From: Nitrosopumilaceae archaeon
GTDB lineage: Archaea > Thermoproteota > Nitrososphaeria > Nitrososphaerales > Nitrosopumilaceae
DNA: 64,000 nucleotides
Assembly: GCA_965207375.1 (NCBI GenBank)
Contig: OZ242274.1
Location: 512,001 to 576,000, forward strand
Reading direction: 5' to 3'
The notes under the pieces are model-generated. The model searched no databases, had not been told where the DNA came from, and saw only the letters and a program-made list of their open reading frames with translations. This document shows, in pieces, positions 40,789 to 49,429 of the stretch (the stretch's first letter is position 1; every line of letters starts with the position of its first letter). Made by a program: the position numbers and the translations under genes.

Positions 40789-42138
40789 TAGTTCCGATTG
40801 TACTCCAAAATCCCATATTATCCAGGATCGGGAGGCGCCTACACTGCTACACTTACGGCATAATTTATCATGCATGTAACTAGTACCACCAACTTTACAA
40901 CCTGAGGATTTTATGCCCTAGCATACATCTATATGTTTGAGACTACAAGTGACGTATCTGTTAACGTTGTTTTGAATTTATAATAATTTTAGGCACGAAA
41001 TTACTTTGCTGTCAAAAGGTAGAATAAAAATTCAAGTGTGACATTAACACTTACCAAGTGACAAAAAGAACAAGGCAAGTCTTATTGCATCATTGCGACT
41101 CGTTGTATGCGGCATTATTCTTTTGGCATCTCTGTATCCTGTTTCAATTCCCCACCTAGCCCTATATTCTTCTGGTAACTTTAGAATGTCTTGTACAGTG
41201 CAATCCCTCATATTGGTCACAAACCCGATATACGGATCATCATCTGTTGCATTCTTTTTGGGAACAATTATCAGATTGCACCTAAACGTATTGCCATCTT
41301 GTGAACTCAACACATACTCACCGATTCTCTTGTGCCGTCTGTAAATTCCTGTATTGCCTTTTTGATTCCAGTAGTGGATACAGCAGGCATTAGAAATTTG
41401 TGACATGCACCTGAGATGACACTCATTACATCTACTGCGTAAAACTCACGGTCCATCAATAGCAATCTTGGTTTTATCTTCAAAATACGCATCTCATCTA
41501 GTGTTTTACGCACAAAATACGGGTTAAATTCAGCTCTAGTTACAGGAATACACGCAAGATGAAACTGCATCTCCTGTCCTACGGTTCTTGCAGTCATGTA
41601 TGCCTCTGCAGTGTTTGTGTTTTCCCCCCCTTGTGTTTTATCAGATATTTCATGCATGGGTTTTTGTCGTATCTATCTATCTTGGTCTTGTCTATTGCAA
41701 CAAGAGTATTTTGCAAATCAATTCCTGCATTTGAAGCATGTCTGATGGTTTTACGCAATGCGTTTTTTACATTGGAATACATATCGTCATATTCTTTATC
41801 TCCAAGTTTGCCAAGCAGCCAATCAGAACCAGGTGCTTTGATGCCTGATGCATTTAATATTTCAGAGGCCTGTTCTGCGCACAAACCGTCTCTACACATG
41901 TTTGCAAGCAGTATAGTTGCAGAAGATGCGTCGTAGCTAGAGTTTGGTTTGTCAGAAAAGCGCATCTTTAGTGCCAAAATCACATTATGGAACAAGTTAA
42001 ATTCCTCACGTCCTAAATCACCTCGGGTCTTCTTGTTGCTGTTTATCATAGGATACAACAGGAAGCCCCATTTATGGATCTAAATGATCATCAAAATTGT
42101 GCTAATCGGTACGCTTTTTTAAAGTACAATCGGAACTA
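40789..42138 (-). mobile_element. Decayed ISH3-family IS (frameshifted transposase)
   Basis: Perfect 16-bp TIR TAGTTCCGATTGTACT / AGTACAATCGGAACTA; three ORF pieces carrying VAID, LLMDREFY and YRARWGIETGY; interrupted by a MITE. Confidence 0.88.
40954..41054. mobile_element. 101-bp MITE, copy 1
   Basis: Ends GTATCTGTTAA / TTAACACTTAC; 8-bp TSD CAAGTGAC (40946-40953, 41055-41062); near-identical inverted copy at 51748-51848. Confidence 0.92.
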
Positions 42139-42146
42139 TTGTTAAT

Positions 42147-43395
42147 CAGCTAAGCGAAATGTAGCCCAAATCCTACCCTGGCGGCGGCTTGAACTGACGC
42201 ATCAACTCAAAATCCATTTGTACTTTGAAAACTAGCATGGTCATAATACTCTGACTTGCTGTATCGTCACAAAGAATAGCCCTGATAATTATCCACTCAT
42301 TGTACAGTATCAGTGAATAATAAAAACACAGCATTCTTGATACATTATCCTTGATTCGTGTCTTGGCCCTGCATTCCTCTATCTTGCCGTATCCTGATTC
42401 TATCCCCCACCTACTTGCATATTCTGTAACGTCTACAGTATTACAGTTAGTTGCAAAGCCAATGTATTTTTCCTCGGCAACATCAGTATCCTTTGACCCT
42501 TTTCTTCTTTCTATTATCATTGTATACGGTACAGAATGACAGTCGTTTTGTAGGGTGCACTCTGATGTTACATCACGTTTTTTACGACTATACTCGTCTA
42601 GTGCAGATTTTACATTTGGTGTATTTCTGCAAGGTATCAAAAAGGATACGTCGTTTTGAATCAGCATTTGCATTGTATCCACTGAGAAAAACTCACGATC
42701 ACATAATGCCAGACGAACTTTTACCCCCAAATCCGACAGTGTTTTGAGCAGAAAATTCACCGATTTAGGCACGGAATCAAGCATTTTGAGATGTATTGCA
42801 GCTAGAACGACTCTCATTGTATCATCCACACAGTGAACCGTCATGTAACGCTCAAAGTATGTCGTGCCGTTTTTGTATTTGGAACGGGTCAACTCCTCCC
42901 CATGTGTCCTGTCATAACGGCATATGAGGTGTAGGTCCATTGCAACTGTAAGCCCCTTCTTTGGAATCTTTCCCATTTTTTTGAGAATTTTAACCTGTCT
43001 TGCTATCTGTAATTGGAAAACGTCCTGTACTGTTTCCTCTGATATCCCCTTGATTGCAGATGCATACCATCTGTCTGATGGTGTATTGCTGTTTTTTTGT
43101 TTTACCGCATTTGCACATCCTCCTACAGAGGAATCCATAATGGTAGCCCTCAACATTCCGGTACTGAGATCATCAACTCCATATATCGTATTGCCCTTGA
43201 CTGACAAAGTAGTACATGCAAGCATGTTTTTGGCACCAGATGCGGCATCTTGATATAATCGTGGATTGTTTAATAGTTCACGGCTCTGTTTGGTTTTTTG
43301 TTTGGACACTGAAAATCATCTGGAGCCGCCTCTATTGATCTGTTTGCATTTTTGGGGTAGATTTTGGCCTATTTTGCCCACATTTCGCTTAGCTG
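42147..43395 (-). mobile_element. ISH3-family insertion sequence, apparently intact
   Basis: TIR CAGCTAAGCGAAATGT / ACATTTCGCTTAGCTG; 5-bp TSD TTAAT (42142-42146, 43396-43400). Confidence 0.93.
42173..43309 (-). CDS. ISH3-family (IS4-like DDE) transposase
   Basis: VAMD, LCDREFFS and YASRWGIESGY (YREK-type) motifs; 378 aa. Confidence 0.92.
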   Translation of the reverse strand: MSKQKTKQSRELLNNPRLYQDAASGAKNMLACTTLSVKGNTIYGVDDLSTGMLRATIMDSSVGGCANAVKQKNSNTPSDRWYASAIKGISEETVQDVFQLQIARQVKILKKMGKIPKKGLTVAMDLHLICRYDRTHGEELTRSKYKNGTTYFERYMTVHCVDDTMRVVLAAIHLKMLDSVPKSVNFLLKTLSDLGVKVRLALCDREFFSVDTMQMLIQNDVSFLIPCRNTPNVKSALDEYSRKKRDVTSECTLQNDCHSVPYTMIIERRKGSKDTDVAEEKYIGFATNCNTVDVTEYASRWGIESGYGKIEECRAKTRIKDNVSRMLCFYYSLILYNEWIIIRAILCDDTASQSIMTMLVFKVQMDFELMRQFKPPPG

Positions 43396-43398
43396 TTA

Positions 43399-43689
43399 AT
43401 GCAGAAAAGAATTTTAGCAGGTGTTTTGATGAGTGTGGGAATAACGATATCTGTCTTGATATTTCCTTTTATATTCAACGGGGGCGGCAGCTGGAGTGGA
43501 CCGTCCGATGGATACGTACGACCTCCTTCTGATCTTCCGGCGTTGTTTCCAAGTCAGCATGACATTGACACAGTAGTTTGGGAGGCAGGAGTCTCAAACA
43601 CTACTGCGATTCTTGCACTAATTGAATCAGGATACAATGTAGAAGAGGCAGTCAGTCATTTACGCTATTGTACAGAAGTAGGGTTGTAA
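43399..43689 (+). CDS. Small membrane-anchored protein with UBA-like C-terminal domain
   Basis: TM helix, Gly/Pro linker, then DIDTVVWEAGVSNTTAILALIESGYNVEEAVSHL. Confidence 0.55.
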   Translation: MQKRILAGVLMSVGITISVLIFPFIFNGGGSWSGPSDGYVRPPSDLPALFPSQHDIDTVVWEAGVSNTTAILALIESGYNVEEAVSHLRYCTEVGL

Positions 43690-43700
43690 CATATCCATTT

Positions 43701-43846
43701 TGGTAATCATATGTGAACACATGATAACCACCCCGGTGCAGTGCTAGTGGTGGATCGACCCCTGATTAGGTGTGGGCTATGCGCCCTGATAGATGTGTGC
43801 AGCTTCCGATCCGTCAACAAATCCGCAAGGAGGTGAAAGAAAAAGG
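43701..43846 (+). ncRNA. Structured non-coding left end of IS110 element; candidate bridge RNA
   Basis: Hairpin 43701-43730; GGATCG/CGATCC stem enclosing a large internal loop capped by GGGC/GCCC; TCC-GCAA-GGA hairpin; GGAGGTGA ribosome-binding site before ATG 43847. Confidence 0.45.
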
Positions 43847-44257
43847 ATGAAAACATACATTGGAATAGACATTGGAAAGAAAAAGTGTGACGTATGCGTC
43901 ATAAACGGTACAGGACGAGTACTTGAGACCTGTCAGTATATGAACACGGTAGCAGATGCTAAAAAGTTTGCAGGAACCATGGCACGAAAATACACGGGAA
44001 ATAAAAAAACATGCAGTGCTGCATGTGAAACTACAGGCAACATGTGGAATGTCACCTATACTAAATTTGAGGCAGCAGGCATACCAATCAAGCTTGCCAA
44101 TACGTACAAGATGGCTATAATTGCCAAGACTGGTAAAAAGACAGACAAGGTGGATGCACAAAAGATAGCACAGGTATTACGAATGGATATGATTCCAGAG
44201 TGTCCTGCAACCAGAATCCGAGCCAATTATGCTACCTACACCAAAATCGATACCTGA
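43847..44257 (+). pseudogene. IS110-family recombinase fragment (DEDD domain, truncated)
   Basis: YIGIDIGKKKCDVCV, CETTG and KTDKVDAQKIAQVLR motifs; similarity ends near MIPEC. Confidence 0.88.
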
Positions 44258-44483
44258 TCTATTTCCCAAAGAATCAGATGCACAAAATTAACCGCCTGAC
44301 TGAGGAAATTGGAACGTCTTGATAATGAAATTGAGCATATCAACTGACAAAAGCAGCAATTGAAACTACAAACAGTAAAGCTGAAAAGAGAAAATCGAGG
44401 ATCTGCAAATAATCTCAACGGAGCAAATCCAGATAATTATACAGTTGAAAAAATCAAGCAGACAATTTTTGTCACCTGATGCT

Positions 44484-44681
44484 CTAGTTCTTTCTAATTG
44501 ATTCTAAAGAATGGCCTTTGTTAGTAACCATCTGAATTACTGCATCAGTTGGGTAATCAATACCATGCTCGTCTTCAAAATGATTTCTTAGCTCCTCAAT
44601 AAGAGAAATACTTGTTTCTCCATCTAGTTTAAAATTGCATTCAAAACCATAATCTTGACATTGCAGTACGATGCTCATCAA
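44484..44681 (-). CDS. DUF1059-like small metal-binding protein
   Basis: LQCQDYGFECNF...HFEDEHG. Confidence 0.8.
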   Translation of the reverse strand: MMSIVLQCQDYGFECNFKLDGETSISLIEELRNHFEDEHGIDYPTDAVIQMVTNKGHSLESIRKN

Positions 44682-44930
44682 TCCACGTTTTTAAAATAAC
44701 CTATAAAAACCATATTCATCTTTTTTATCAAAAACCATCTGAGTTTATTGCATTTTTATTCACATCTAATTTGTCTATAGTTGTAAGGGTATCAAACTTG
44801 CAGTATCTGCATGCACAATATTGGGGGTGTAATTTCTCAGTTTACCAAAAACTCCCACTATATCATCATGCCAATATTCTTACAATCTTTCTTGTAGAAA
44901 TTAATTGCAGGCTAGTGCCAACTGTCTCCA

Positions 44931-45224
44931 TCAAACCAATCTTTCTTGTATGGCCTCAACATAACGTGAATTGTATTTTGTAAAAAGTCTGATTTTATTT
45001 TGAGGCAACGCCATTGCTCCTGGCCTAGAATTGATCTCTTTTTCTAACTGCATCTGTCTTAAATTCTGCGTTTTTAATTCCTCTTTTGTTAAATTATCTA
45101 GATTTTTTAGCAACAGTGTCATCTCCTGCTCTAGTGCAACTCTGGTATCTTCTACATCGGGTTTGGCACCTAGAATTTCTTTGGCCTTGATTTTGCCAAA
45201 TACTAATTCATCTAGTTCTATCAT
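44931..45224 (-). CDS. Hypothetical helical protein
   Basis: 97-aa ORF containing INSRPGAMALPQNKI. Confidence 0.7.
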   Translation of the reverse strand: MIELDELVFGKIKAKEILGAKPDVEDTRVALEQEMTLLLKNLDNLTKEELKTQNLRQMQLEKEINSRPGAMALPQNKIRLFTKYNSRYVEAIQERLV

Positions 45225-45309
45225 GTAACCTCAAAATTTCTAGTTATTATAAAATCAATCCAGCCTGTCAACTATGATAAACTAAAAGTATGATGATTTT
45301 TGTAAAAAA

Positions 45310-46473
45310 ATGCAGGCAGATTCGATGGAAAGCAATTTTGACATCTTGGGGATTTCTGAAGGTTCATCATCTGGTGAGATCCGTGAGGCATTCAGAAAAT
45401 TGGCACTTACGCATCATTCGGATCGAGGTGGCCAAGATGAGCAATTCAAAAAAATCAAACAGGCATATGAGGATCTCAAGGAAGGCAAAAAATATCCAGA
45501 TACAGATGCTGAACTAAAAAGAAAATCACGTGTTTATTCAGACGACTCTGATGAGCAAATCAGACGCAAGAATGCGTTGCTTGCAAGAGAACTAGTCAAA
45601 GATATGAAAAATGCAGAGGAATGGATATCTGCGTTGAACCGTGCAGATACTGCTGCAACTAGGTTATTTGGTTCTAAAACTCTGGGTGAAATAGAGTTTG
45701 AAAGAAAGGCAACAGGAGCAGTTTTGATAAAGGGCAACTTTATGGCAGGAAAATTAACATATGACGGACCTATTTTTGTACAGGGCAACATTACAAGTCC
45801 TTCATGGAGTCCGGATGACTCTACGATAATACGTCTAACAAAAGGCGACTTTAAAATGATAAATCCGTTAGAAAACAAATACAAAATTGAAAACGGCGCA
45901 AAAATTATTGTTGACAGCGGAGATATTGTAGTTGGAAACGTATTTGGCAAAAAGGACAAAATTCAGGATCCCGACGGCAGAGTAGGAATCTACAACATTC
46001 GGGAACATAGAACCGAATTAAATGCACCATGCGGTAAAATTATTGTAGAAAACTCTGTCAATACTGTATATCTTAACGGCGATACCATTATTGCCCTTAA
46101 TCTAGAAGATGATGTAAAAATCAGGGGCCGCCAAATTCTAATCTACGGCAGCAAGATCACATACGATGTAGAGATTGAACTGCTCAAAGACGGCACAGTA
46201 AGATTCTTTGAGAACTTTTCAATCCAGGGCCTAAGCGATGATTCCACTATAAAATTGGAAAACGGAAAATCAATAAAGCTGCGCGATGTAAAAGTAAAAA
46301 AGATACGTGACCTGCCCAAAGAACTAGTGATTGATGCCAAATCATACGGCAAAGATGATACCATGGTGGGCCGGGGCTTTACAATTACTTATGCCATGCT
46401 TGATAATTTGGATAAAAAACCCGTAAAACGCCAGGGTAGATGGGCATCCAAATTTGGCTTTGGAAGAAATTGA
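45310..46473 (+). CDS. DnaJ-domain protein with beta-rich C-terminal region
   Basis: FDILGI...AFRKLALTHHSDRGG..FKKIKQAYEDL (HSD variant of HPD). Confidence 0.88.
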   Translation: MQADSMESNFDILGISEGSSSGEIREAFRKLALTHHSDRGGQDEQFKKIKQAYEDLKEGKKYPDTDAELKRKSRVYSDDSDEQIRRKNALLARELVKDMKNAEEWISALNRADTAATRLFGSKTLGEIEFERKATGAVLIKGNFMAGKLTYDGPIFVQGNITSPSWSPDDSTIIRLTKGDFKMINPLENKYKIENGAKIIVDSGDIVVGNVFGKKDKIQDPDGRVGIYNIREHRTELNAPCGKIIVENSVNTVYLNGDTIIALNLEDDVKIRGRQILIYGSKITYDVEIELLKDGTVRFFENFSIQGLSDDSTIKLENGKSIKLRDVKVKKIRDLPKELVIDAKSYGKDDTMVGRGFTITYAMLDNLDKKPVKRQGRWASKFGFGRN

Positions 46474-46734
46474 TGCAGGCCTAGTAAGGTTCATGCACGG
46501 ACTGCCTGTCTTTTTGGATTACATCCTGTACGACAAGACAGCATTATAACACCGCTGGCAAATACAAAAGACGGTACAAGTGTGGTACCATGATAATACA
46601 ATAAACCCTGGCAACAGTGTCATTGACTTGAGACATATGCCAAAGTTGACGAGTCAACCATTTCTGTATCTTGACCCGTTACAGGCAATTAACACTAAAC
46701 CAAAATAAAAATAAATTAAAATGATTGAACGTTT

Positions 46735-47034
46735 CTAGTCGACTAGTTCAGTCCAACCTTTTACGAAGACTGAATTCTTGTAGAGTGGAACTGGTTGTCC
46801 AACGGTAAAGTCCATTGGTCTCATCCAGAATATTGCTTTTGTTGGGCAAACGCCAATGCATGCTCCATCGGAGATACATCTTTCTGGGTAAAAGACAAAT
46901 GCTTTACCTCTCTTCCAGCCTTCTACTGGTTTTACTCTAAGGACATCTGGGCCCAATGTTGTACAGATTTCTACACATAGTGCGCATCCGATACACATTT
47001 GTTCGCTGATGTCTGGAATAATTCCTACTGGCAT
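46735..47034 (-). CDS. Dicluster-type Fe-S ferredoxin
   Basis: CIGCALCVEIC and CISDGACIGVCP motifs. Confidence 0.93.
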   Translation of the reverse strand: MPVGIIPDISEQMCIGCALCVEICTTLGPDVLRVKPVEGWKRGKAFVFYPERCISDGACIGVCPTKAIFWMRPMDFTVGQPVPLYKNSVFVKGWTELVD

Positions 47035-47087
47035 AACGATATTATCTCATAGTCAGATCTTAATATAACTTGCCCAAAAATTACACA

Positions 47088-47128
47088 TTATAACGGCGTT
47101 TCCAAATTTTATAACAGCGTTTGAAAAT
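47088..47128. promoter_or_regulatory. Tandem imperfect direct repeat upstream of the ferredoxin promoter
   Basis: TTATAACGGCGTTTCCAAAT / TTATAACAGCGTTTGAAAAT with 21-bp period. Confidence 0.5.
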
Positions 47129-47142
47129 CTGATCGCATGTTC

Positions 47143-47712
47143 TCAAATTTTGATAATTTTCTCGACTTGATTCTCGGCAGATAGAATTTCAATTTGGTCG
47201 GTACTGACAAAAAATTTTGATATTGACCTGTTTTCCAAGACATGTCTTCCGGTAGGATAAAGTATCCAAGCATCTCCTCTTAATTTGGCAACACTACTTA
47301 GAAATATCTTTGATTTACGGTTCCTAGACATGCTTGCAAGCATCATCATACATGAATTACAGTATCTGCCAGAATTCTTGTCATCAAATAATGTAAAGAA
47401 TCCATTTAACGAGTCAACCATCAAAACATGCTCCTCACTTGAAATTCTCTCTATAATCTCTTTGAGAGTATCGTTCCAACTTTTCCTATCTGGAGTAAAC
47501 AAAAGCACGTCGGCTTGTTTTTTTATTATATCTGACTGAACATACCCAGAATATAATAAATCAAGATCAAGATAGATTGTGGGAATGTCATACTCTTTGA
47601 TTATTTTCGCAATTATTGCCTCTTTTGCAAATCCGTTATGACACAAAATTGAATTTATAGAATCTGCAAACACCTCTCTTAGTTTTATATTGTTAGGATT
47701 TTTATCCAACAC
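47143..47712 (-). CDS. Hypothetical protein, degenerate RecA/KaiC-like fold possible
   Basis: IYLDLD and LMVDSLNG Walker-B-like strands; no intact Walker A. Confidence 0.6.
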   Translation of the reverse strand: MLDKNPNNIKLREVFADSINSILCHNGFAKEAIIAKIIKEYDIPTIYLDLDLLYSGYVQSDIIKKQADVLLFTPDRKSWNDTLKEIIERISSEEHVLMVDSLNGFFTLFDDKNSGRYCNSCMMMLASMSRNRKSKIFLSSVAKLRGDAWILYPTGRHVLENRSISKFFVSTDQIEILSAENQVEKIIKI

Positions 47713-47739
47713 TTTTTTTATTTTATTTGATGTATAATA

Positions 47740-48891
47740 ATGAAGTTAGACTCTGATGATATTATTTGTGATTTTGCCCATGACGGAAAAACATACCTAA
47801 ACAACGCCTCAGTCTCGCTAATGCCATTGCAAAGCATTGATGCAATGAGGGATTTTTTGATTCAATACAGTGCCATGGGTCCTGATTCGGCGGCCTCAGA
47901 ATCCTTTGTGACCCAAAAATTCAAAAATGTGCGCAAAACCATCTCCAAAATCATCAACTGTCAACCTGAAGAAATCATCATAACTCAAAGTGTTACTGAT
48001 GGAATCAATCTTGTATCCAACGGACTCTCCTTTGATGCAGATTCTGAAATTATTATCCGCGGTCTTTCTCATGAGCACCATGCCAATTATTATCCGTGGC
48101 TCAAACTCGGAGACCGATACAAGCTGCGGAATCTTTTGGTTACCAAAGACGGCCTTTTTGACATAGACTTGTTACAGCAAACTATCAACGAAAATACAAA
48201 ATTGCTATCCCTAAGTCACGGATTGTACAATACAGGTGCAATCCTGCCCGTTGATACAATCGGACAAATAGCTAGACAAAATAACATTGTGTATTTTGTA
48301 GATGCAGCTCAAACCGTAGGATGTACTGATCTTGTCAATGTTAAAACCATGCATTGTGATTTTATGTCATTTAACGGCTCCAAATGGCTTTGTGGTCCGA
48401 TGGGCACAGGCATCTTTTACTGTAACAAAAAATCAAGCCAGTTACTGACGCCACCTACAATAGGCGGCGAATCTGCAATGTTACATGAGGGCAGACTTGC
48501 ATACAAAGACATTCCAGACAAGTTTCAAACGGGATTTCGAAATTACGCTGGCCTAGTTGGCCTCGAAAGCTCTACAAGCTATCTAGCTGATTTGGGAATC
48601 CATAATATCCGCAAAAAAATAATCACACTTGCCAATATCCTGCGTGATGAGCTATCGCACATTTCAGGTGTTACACTGTATGGTCCACAAAACGAGAATC
48701 AGCGTACAAGTATAGTGTCATTTTGTATTGACGGCTTTGAACCAAAGTATGTTGTTGAAAAATTAGAAAAGCACGGCGTGGTTTTGGCAGTACGTGAAAT
48801 TGTACAAAAAAAGATTATACGCGCCTCGCCACATCTGTTTAATTCTGAAAAAGACATCATGTCGGTTATAGAATTGATAAAACAGCTATGA
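47740..48891 (+). CDS. Class V aminotransferase / cysteine desulfurase-like enzyme
   Basis: YLNNAS, EHHAN, VDAAQ, GSKWLCGPMGTG and RASPHLFN motifs. Confidence 0.9.
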   Translation: MKLDSDDIICDFAHDGKTYLNNASVSLMPLQSIDAMRDFLIQYSAMGPDSAASESFVTQKFKNVRKTISKIINCQPEEIIITQSVTDGINLVSNGLSFDADSEIIIRGLSHEHHANYYPWLKLGDRYKLRNLLVTKDGLFDIDLLQQTINENTKLLSLSHGLYNTGAILPVDTIGQIARQNNIVYFVDAAQTVGCTDLVNVKTMHCDFMSFNGSKWLCGPMGTGIFYCNKKSSQLLTPPTIGGESAMLHEGRLAYKDIPDKFQTGFRNYAGLVGLESSTSYLADLGIHNIRKKIITLANILRDELSHISGVTLYGPQNENQRTSIVSFCIDGFEPKYVVEKLEKHGVVLAVREIVQKKIIRASPHLFNSEKDIMSVIELIKQL

Positions 48892-49146
48892 TTTTTCCTG
48901 TTCCTCTATCACCATCATGGTCAGAGTAGATTGTACCTTTGCTATCTTTCTAATTTTATTGGTGATAACTGCGCGTAAAACCTCTGCACTTGCAGCAGAC
49001 ACCTTGATCACAATATCGTATACTCCATAAACTCCCCGTACCTCATATGTGATTTCATCCTGTGCATCTAAGATCTGCTTTACTTCCTTAATTATGGATT
49101 CGTCAGAACCCAGATCCGAATTAAGTAAAACGTATGAAGTAGGCAC
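48886..49146 (-). CDS. Lrp/AsnC ligand-binding (RAM) domain protein
   Basis: GVYGVYDIVIKV...KIRKIAKVQSTLTM. Confidence 0.9.
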   Translation of the reverse strand: MPTSYVLLNSDLGSDESIIKEVKQILDAQDEITYEVRGVYGVYDIVIKVSAASAEVLRAVITNKIRKIAKVQSTLTMMVIEEQEKS

Positions 49147-49270
49147 ATTTGAGAATCCACAGGGACAATATTTAACCTTTCAAAAACACTTGCAAAAAAC
49201 AGGATCAAATGTACCGTTATTTCAAAGGCAGAGTTACAAAAATGTGGTATTTTGCTGTCTGCTTGCTGTA

Positions 49271-49345
49271 GGCTATTCTGTCTATCACTTTCATACGAGG
49301 TATTGTAGCGCCAGCCCTCAGATTCAACATAGACAGTACGTAGCC
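49271..49345. repeat. 75-bp inverted-repeat element (MITE-like)
   Basis: GGCTATTCTGTCTAT / ATAGACAGTACGTAGCC imperfect IR with GTA on both flanks. Confidence 0.45.
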
Positions 49346-49429
49346 GTAGGAGAAAAATTCTTCATATAGCATCTATCTAACGAAAATTGAAAGTTTATAT
49401 CATAATAAAAGGCAGATTGTTGCAAGAAT

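Noticed and set aside
44258-44470. Coiled-coil-like reading frame after the IS110 fragment
   Set aside because: Interrupted by stops and not assignable to any family
46480-46700. Weak hairpins and TGCCTGT/ACAGGCA ends between dnaJ-like and ferredoxin genes
   Set aside because: Stems are short and there is no TSD; not distinguishable from chance
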